The notes under the pieces were generated by a model. The model was given only the letters and a program-made list of their open reading frames with translations. It did not search any database and was not told where the DNA came from. A program made the translations under genes and the position numbers. 63,761 nt of DNA from an uncultured Lachnospiraceae bacterium (lineage in GTDB: Bacteria > Bacillota > Clostridia > Lachnospirales > Lachnospiraceae): contig ONRU01000003.1 of NCBI GenBank assembly GCA_900320325.1, forward strand, positions 1 through 63,761. The letters run 5' to 3'. Below, piece by piece: positions 57,826 to 63,761 of this stretch (position 1 is the stretch's first letter; each line of letters starts with the position of its first letter).

Positions 57826-60197
57826 AGAAAAGGATTCCGGCAGTTATGACGGCAGTCCTGCTGGCCGTGTCCACCGCGGCATGCGGAGGAAGCGGGACAG
57901 CGGAGACAGGCAGTACCGGACAGGCCCCGTCTGAAACGGCGGCCTACTATACAGACCAGATCATCACACCCTCGGAATTCGCCTCCTATGACGAATTCAG
58001 CCTGGGCGAGATGCGGATCGTAGACGGCAGTGTGCGTGCTTACGGGTATGCCTATGACGAAGACTACAACCTGACCAGCTTTCTGTGCAGCTTCCAGCCG
58101 GACGGATCGGATTTCCGCCTGCAGGAACTGGATACCGGCGATAACAGTATTGACTATACAGCCATAGACGCTGACGGAAACTTCTATATGGTCCTGTCCT
58201 CCTACAGCGGACAGGGGGAAGAGGAGGAAGACGCGTCCTGGGCGGATACCGCGGCGGAATTCGTGGACGAAGACGCGGATCCTGATGCCATGGAAGGCGC
58301 CATGGAGGAATCCATGGAATATACTCTGGAAAAACGGGACCAGAACGGAAAGGTCCTGTTCTCTGTCCCGCTGGACGTCGCGGACGCGTCGTCGGAAGAG
58401 GACGGAGCGGATACATATGCCATTGTGACTTCCATGGTCTACGTGGATGGCGCCGGTCTCTTTATGGCGGATGAAAAAGGCGTCGGCCTGTACAGTGTGG
58501 AGGACGGCAGCCTGATCAGCCGTGTGAAAGGCACGGAAGAGATGCAGGAGATCCAGATGTTCCGGATGCGGGAAGGAGATATCCTCCTGTCCTATCTGGA
58601 CGGGGGCGATCCGGCCATGGCAGTCCTGCGGGGCGGCAGCAGTCCGGCCCTGGAAGAGCTTCCGGCCGGGGACAGCGCGGTGGACCTTTTCAACTATACC
58701 CTTTTCCCCGGGAATTCCTCTGACCTGCTCCTGACCAACTCCGTGGGACTCTACAGCTGGAACCTGGGAGACAAAGAGCCCGCCAGGATCCTGCAGTTCA
58801 TGGACGTGGACATGGACGCGGCCTATGTAAGCGCCGTTACCTTTACGGAGGATGGATCGATCCTGCTGATGTCCGGCAGCAGTGACGCCGGCTGTGATAT
58901 CCATCTGCTGACCCCTTCAGATACAGATCTGATGGCGGACCGGGAGGAGATCACCCTGGGCTGCTATTATGTGGACCCCACGGTCCGGCATAAGGTCATT
59001 GACTTTAACAAGACAAATCAGGAATATAAGATCACGATCCGTGATTACAGCAGCTATGATGACCTGGGCGATGAGGCCGCCTCCATGACCGGCGGCGAGG
59101 AAGCCCTGAATAATGACATCATTTCCGGCAATGTGCCGGATATCCTGCTGATCCCCGAATCCATGGACGCCCAGAACTATACCTCCAAGGGAGTATTCGA
59201 AGATCTGGCGCCTTACATGGAGCAGGATGAAGAGATCAGCGGCACCGAATATCTGACCAATATCTTTGACGCCTGCAACCCGGAGGACGGGACCTATATC
59301 ATTGTTCCTTCCTTTAATCTCATCGGCATAGCCGGACGGACTGAAGACGTGGGAGAGGACCATGCCATTTCCATTCCGGAGCTGATGGCCCTGGCCGACG
59401 AAAAAGGCGTCCAGTATTCCAATATTTTCGGACAGGACGTCCGCTCCACCATCTTTTTCTCGGCCCTGCAGCTGAACGGATCGGAATTTATCGACGTGGC
59501 CGCGGGAGAAGCCAGCTTTGACTCACCGGAATTCGAGGCCATTCTGGAACTGGCGGCCGAGTTCCCTGAAGAAATGGATTACTCCGAAGATCAGGAGATG
59601 GAAGACACGACAGACTGGTACCGCAGCGGCAGATCCCTGCTGCAGGAGCGTTATTTCAGCAGCTTTGACGAGTTCAACAACGCGGAAAAGGGTGATTTCG
59701 GCAGCGAGATCTGTGTCATGGGCTTCCCGGCTGAGAAGGCGGTCGGGCCGGCCGTGATTCCGGAACTGCAGATCACCATGAGCTCCGCCTCCAAAGTCAA
59801 GGACGGCGCCTGGCAGTTCATCCGCCAGTTCCTGCTGGAGGACCACCAGGCTTCCATTACCTATAGCTTCCCGGTCAGCCGCAAGGCACTGGATCTGCTG
59901 GCCCAGGACGCCATGACCCAGAAATATGTGGAAAATGAGGACGGTGAGCAGGTGCCTGACGAGCTGATCTACTACGTGGGCGGGCAGGAAGTCAGGATCA
60001 CCGTCATGACAGAGGAAGAGGCCGGCAGGGTCCTGGATCTTCTGACCTCCGTGGACCATCGTCTCTACCAGAATGAGGATGTACTGGCCATCGTGGAGGA
60101 AGAAGCGGCTGCTTACTTCGCCGGTGAAAAGACTGCCGAAGAGACCGCTCAGATCATCCAGAGCCGGATACAGATCTATATCAGCGAAAGCAATTAA
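57822..60197 (+). CDS. Large acidic extracellular solute-binding lipoprotein with extra N-terminal beta-rich domain
   Basis: Lipobox ...STAAC (Cys21); C-terminal family-1 SBP motifs FNKTN, SGNVPDI, EDLAPY, GFP, GAWQFI, FPV, EEA-x-AYF-x-G. Confidence 0.85.
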   Translation: MKKRIPAVMTAVLLAVSTAACGGSGTAETGSTGQAPSETAAYYTDQIITPSEFASYDEFSLGEMRIVDGSVRAYGYAYDEDYNLTSFLCSFQPDGSDFRLQELDTGDNSIDYTAIDADGNFYMVLSSYSGQGEEEEDASWADTAAEFVDEDADPDAMEGAMEESMEYTLEKRDQNGKVLFSVPLDVADASSEEDGADTYAIVTSMVYVDGAGLFMADEKGVGLYSVEDGSLISRVKGTEEMQEIQMFRMREGDILLSYLDGGDPAMAVLRGGSSPALEELPAGDSAVDLFNYTLFPGNSSDLLLTNSVGLYSWNLGDKEPARILQFMDVDMDAAYVSAVTFTEDGSILLMSGSSDAGCDIHLLTPSDTDLMADREEITLGCYYVDPTVRHKVIDFNKTNQEYKITIRDYSSYDDLGDEAASMTGGEEALNNDIISGNVPDILLIPESMDAQNYTSKGVFEDLAPYMEQDEEISGTEYLTNIFDACNPEDGTYIIVPSFNLIGIAGRTEDVGEDHAISIPELMALADEKGVQYSNIFGQDVRSTIFFSALQLNGSEFIDVAAGEASFDSPEFEAILELAAEFPEEMDYSEDQEMEDTTDWYRSGRSLLQERYFSSFDEFNNAEKGDFGSEICVMGFPAEKAVGPAVIPELQITMSSASKVKDGAWQFIRQFLLEDHQASITYSFPVSRKALDLLAQDAMTQKYVENEDGEQVPDELIYYVGGQEVRITVMTEEEAGRVLDLLTSVDHRLYQNEDVLAIVEEEAAAYFAGEKTAEETAQIIQSRIQIYISESN

Positions 60198-60224
60198 CAT
60201 ACTTCTGAAAGGAAGAGGTAACTT

Positions 60225-62042
60225 ATGGCAGAAAACATACAGGACAGAATCAGAAATTTCTGTATTGTAGCCCATATCGATCACGGCAAGTCCACCCTGG
60301 CGGACCGGATGATCGAAAAGACAGGTCTTTTGACCAACCGCGAGATGCAGGACCAGGTCCTGGACAACATGGATCTGGAACGGGAGCGCGGCATCACCAT
60401 TAAATCCCAGGCGGTCCGCCTGATCTATAATGCCAGAGACGGTAAGGAATATATCTTTAACCTGATCGATACCCCCGGCCATGTGGACTTTAACTATGAA
60501 GTCAACCGCTCCCTGGCTGCTTGTGACGGCGCCATTCTGGTCGTTGACGCGACCCAGGGCATCCAGGCCCAGACCCTGGCCAATGTCTATCTGGCCCTGG
60601 AGCAGGATCTGGAGGTATTCCCGGTCATCAACAAGATCGACCTGCCCAGCGCCATGCCGGAAGAGGTCAAGACAGAGATCGAGGATGTCATTGGCATTGA
60701 AGCAGAGGACGCCCCCCTGATTTCCGCCAAACAGGGCATCGGGATTGAAGAGGTCCTGGAGGCAGTGGTAGAGAAGATTCCTGCTCCCGATGGAGATCCG
60801 GAAGGCCCCTTAAAGGCCCTGATCTTTGACTCCCTGTATGACAGCTACAAGGGCGTCATCGTTTTCTGCAGGATCCGGGACGGCCAGATCCGCAAAGGGA
60901 CCAAAGTCCGCATGATGGCTACCGGCGCGGTGGCGGAAGTTGTGGAAGTCGGCTACTTCGGCGCGGGACAGTTCATCCCCTGCGAGGAGCTTTCCGCGGG
61001 CATGGTCGGCTATTTTACCGCATCCATCAAAAACATCCGGGACGCCAGGGTCGGCGATACGGTAACAGAGGACCAGAGGCCCTGTGACGAAGCCCTTCCC
61101 GGCTACAAGAAGGCCCAGCCCATGGTCTACTGCGGCCTGTATCCGGCTGACGCGGCCAGATATCCCGATCTGCGGGACGCCCTGGAAAAGCTCCAGCTCA
61201 ATGACGCCTCCCTGTTCTTCGAACCGGAGACATCCCTGGCCCTGGGCTTCGGATTCCGCTGCGGCTTCCTGGGACTGCTCCATATGGAGGTCATCCTGGA
61301 GCGCCTGGAGCGGGAATATGATCTGGACCTGATCTCCACAGCGCCCGGCGTTGTCTACAAGGTCTACAAGACCGACGGCACCATGATCGAACTGACCAAC
61401 CCTTCCAATCTGCCCGATGTCACCCAGATCGAGCGGATGGAGGAGCCCATCGTCAGCGCGGAGATCATGGTCACCACAGAATTCATCGGTTCCATCATGC
61501 AGCTCTGCCAGGAGCGGCGGGGCCGTTATATCAGTACGGAATATATCGAGCAGACCAGGGCGGTCCTGCATTATGAACTGCCCCTGAACGAGATCATCTA
61601 CGATTTCTTTGACGCTCTGAAATCCAGGTCCAGAGGCTACGCCTCCTTTGACTACGAACTCAAGGACTATGAGGAATCCACCCTGGTCAGGATGGATATC
61701 CTGGTAAACAAGGAACCGGTCGACGCCCTTTCCTTCATTGTCCATACCTCCAATGCCTATGACAGGGGCCGCAGGATGTGCGAGCGCCTGAAGGACGAGA
61801 TCCCCCGCCAGCTCTTTGACGTGCCCATCCAGGCAGCCGTCGGCGGCAGGATCATCGCCAGAGAGACTGTACGTCAGCTGCGCAAGGACGTTCTGGCCAA
61901 GTGCTACGGCGGTGATATCTCCCGTAAGAAGAAGCTGCTGGAGAAACAGAAGGAAGGCAAGAAGCGGATGCAGATCGTCGGCAATGTCGAGATCCCCAAG
62001 GAAGCCTTCATGAATGTCCTGAAGCTGGATTCCGGCAACTGA
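60225..62042 (+). CDS. lepA: Elongation factor 4 LepA
   Basis: [56 protein letters not shown]. Confidence 0.98.
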   Translation: MAENIQDRIRNFCIVAHIDHGKSTLADRMIEKTGLLTNREMQDQVLDNMDLERERGITIKSQAVRLIYNARDGKEYIFNLIDTPGHVDFNYEVNRSLAACDGAILVVDATQGIQAQTLANVYLALEQDLEVFPVINKIDLPSAMPEEVKTEIEDVIGIEAEDAPLISAKQGIGIEEVLEAVVEKIPAPDGDPEGPLKALIFDSLYDSYKGVIVFCRIRDGQIRKGTKVRMMATGAVAEVVEVGYFGAGQFIPCEELSAGMVGYFTASIKNIRDARVGDTVTEDQRPCDEALPGYKKAQPMVYCGLYPADAARYPDLRDALEKLQLNDASLFFEPETSLALGFGFRCGFLGLLHMEVILERLEREYDLDLISTAPGVVYKVYKTDGTMIELTNPSNLPDVTQIERMEEPIVSAEIMVTTEFIGSIMQLCQERRGRYISTEYIEQTRAVLHYELPLNEIIYDFFDALKSRSRGYASFDYELKDYEESTLVRMDILVNKEPVDALSFIVHTSNAYDRGRRMCERLKDEIPRQLFDVPIQAAVGGRIIARETVRQLRKDVLAKCYGGDISRKKKLLEKQKEGKKRMQIVGNVEIPKEAFMNVLKLDSGN

Positions 62043-62057
62043 TATTTTGATATCGGA

Positions 62058-62087
62058 CAGGGCACTGCTTGAAACAGCAGTGCCCTG
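62058..62087. other. Intergenic hairpin between lepA and hemW
   Basis: CAGGGCACTGCT-tgaaac-AGCAGTGCCCTG followed by ATTGTTTT. Confidence 0.55.
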
Positions 62088-62116
62088 ATTGTTTTGACAG
62101 GAATGAGGTACGGTAT

Positions 62117-63301
62117 ATGCGGAAGATTTCAATTTATATCCATATTCCTTTCTGTATCAGGAAATGCCTGTACTGCGATTTTCTGTCAGCGCCTTCCACA
62201 CCGGACTGTATCGAACAATATGTCCGTGCCCTGGAGGCCGAGATTCGTTTTTCACCGGACCTGAACGGTCTGACCGCAGCGGAGATTCCGGATGATCCGG
62301 AGATTCAGGTGGACACCGTCTTTCTGGGCGGCGGCACCCCTTCCCTGCTGACGCCGGACCAGCTGGAACGGATCCTGACTGCTGTCAGGAAAAGCTACAG
62401 GGTACAGGACGGGGCCGAGATCAGTATGGAAGTCAACCCCGGAACGGCTGATCTGGAAAGGCTGCAGGCATACCGCGGGGCGGGTATCAACCGGCTCTCC
62501 ATCGGCGTGCAGTCTGTTGACGACGCGGAACTGGCCCTGCTGGGCAGGATCCACCGGGCCGGCCAGGCGGAAAAGATCTTCCGGGAAGCCCGCCGGGCGG
62601 GGTTTGACAATATCAATATCGACCTGATGTCAGCCCTGCCGGGGCAGACCACGGACAGATGGGAACAGAATCTGCGTATCGTCTGCGCATGGGGACCGGA
62701 ACATATCTCGGCCTACAGCCTGATCATTGAGGAAGGGACGCCCTTCGCGGAAATGGATCTGCTCCCTCTGCCATCGGAAGAAGAGGACCGGCTTATGTAC
62801 CATCGTACGCAGACGGTCCTGGCAGAATACAGCTATCAGAGATATGAGATCTCCAACTATGCCAGACCGGGACGCGCCTGCCGCCACAACTGCAGCTACT
62901 GGACCGGCCATGAATACCTGGGCCTGGGTCTGGGCGCATCCTCCCTGATCGGAGACAGGCGCTTTAAAGTCACAGCCTCGATGCCGGAATATCTGCGGAG
63001 GATCCGCCTGGCAGCTTCCGGAGAAATAAAGGATCCGGCGCATTATTACGAAGAAATACAGCAGCTGACCCTGCGGGACCGCATGGAGGAATTCATGTTC
63101 CTGGGACTGCGCCTGACAGAGGGCGTCAGTGAAGCGCAGTTCCGGAAGCGCTTCGGTCATCCAGTCGACGAAGTCTACGGACCGGTCCTGGCCCGCCATA
63201 CAGGAGCAGGACTGCTGGAGAGGACCGGAGACAGGATCCGTCTGACGGAAAAAGGCCTGGACCTGGCCAATTATGTCATGTCGGATTTCCTGCTGGACTG
63301 A
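62117..63301 (+). CDS. hemW: Radical SAM heme chaperone HemW
   Basis: YIHIPFCIRKCLYCDF, GGGTPS, RLSIGVQS, YEISNY, HN-x-x-YW; follows lepA. Confidence 0.93.
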   Translation: MRKISIYIHIPFCIRKCLYCDFLSAPSTPDCIEQYVRALEAEIRFSPDLNGLTAAEIPDDPEIQVDTVFLGGGTPSLLTPDQLERILTAVRKSYRVQDGAEISMEVNPGTADLERLQAYRGAGINRLSIGVQSVDDAELALLGRIHRAGQAEKIFREARRAGFDNINIDLMSALPGQTTDRWEQNLRIVCAWGPEHISAYSLIIEEGTPFAEMDLLPLPSEEEDRLMYHRTQTVLAEYSYQRYEISNYARPGRACRHNCSYWTGHEYLGLGLGASSLIGDRRFKVTASMPEYLRRIRLAASGEIKDPAHYYEEIQQLTLRDRMEEFMFLGLRLTEGVSEAQFRKRFGHPVDEVYGPVLARHTGAGLLERTGDRIRLTEKGLDLANYVMSDFLLD

Positions 63302-63344
63302 TCCGGATGGACCGGAACAGCATGCCGCTATTTATAAAAAGAAC

Positions 63345-63390
63345 AGGGACCCTACCGGAACGATTTTTGATCCGGTTAGGGTCCCTTTTT
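63345..63390. terminator. Terminator between convergent hemW and dprA
   Basis: AGGGACCCTACCGGA...TCCGGTTAGGGTCCCT plus T-tract, A-tract upstream. Confidence 0.8.
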
Positions 63391-63446
63391 GCGCTTTTTG
63401 TAGTCACAGGCATGGAGATGATTCTCAGACATTGAAAGAAGAAATG

Positions 63447-63761
63447 CTAATCCAGAGGCAGCGGGGCCCTGCGGTAGAGGCCGATGGCGTCCTCGACAGC
63501 CAGCCCCCGCATGAGCAGCAGCATCAGGGTCCGGACGACCTCCGAAGCGCCCAGGGCCCTGCCGGCGCTGCTGCGGCAGCGGTCAATGATCATATCTGTA
63601 GGCATAGGATCTTCAAAGGACAAAGACCGGTAGACCAGAGCCTCTTCACTTGTCAGGCCCTCGCAGATCCGGTCCACAGCAACTTCTCTTTCCCGCCGGA
63701 AGGCAGCCGACGAACCATTGTCTGCCGTGGATTCCAGGCCGGCAGGTTTGTGGCTGCCGGC
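63447..63761 (-). CDS. dprA: C-terminal winged helix, probably of DNA-processing protein DprA (5' truncated by window edge)
   Basis: Frame open to window end; LTSEEALVY..L...P...D-x-I...EV...L..L...G.......Y resembles the DprA C-terminal WH; catalytic core not visible. Confidence 0.6.
   Translation of the reverse strand, partial: AGSHKPAGLESTADNGSSAAFRREREVAVDRICEGLTSEEALVYRSLSFEDPMPTDMIIDRCRSSAGRALGASEVVRTLMLLLMRGLAVEDAIGLYRRAPLPLD

Overview
Core-chromosome window of a moderately high-GC Clostridia genome (gene content and order look Lachnospiraceae-like), almost entirely on the + strand. Most of it is housekeeping: rpmE end, DUF1385, prmC-prfA, pheA, ppx-ppk1, purF-like, ppdK, groES-groEL with a CIRCE, relA, hemZ, topA, codY, rpsB-tsf, mecA, ligA, metA, rqcH, yicC-remA-gmk-rpoZ, rimO, pgsA, thiN, niaR, lepA, hemW and a partial dprA. 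No rRNA, tRNA, CRISPR array, transposase or phage gene was seen. Two accessory modules stand out. (1) 52.4-60.2 kb: a YtrA/GntR-led operon mixing importer parts (two CUT1-type permeases, a very large acidic solute-binding lipoprotein) with exporter parts (membrane-fusion protein, MacB-like protein) and carrying no ATPase; this is my best candidate for an uncharacterised system. (2) 20.2-26.6 kb: an NHLM/NHLP-type peptidase-ABC exporter co-transcribed with a STAS/anti-sigma pair, but with no precursor, modifying enzyme, sigma factor or phosphatase. Other points: a PurF homologue with a degenerate glutaminase site, a PHP-HAD phosphatase fusion, a methyltransferase broken by an internal deletion, and several short degenerate intergenic tandem arrays, one forming a ladder of ATGA start/stop overlaps in front of prmC-prfA. 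Family calls come from motif recognition by eye; no database searches were run.
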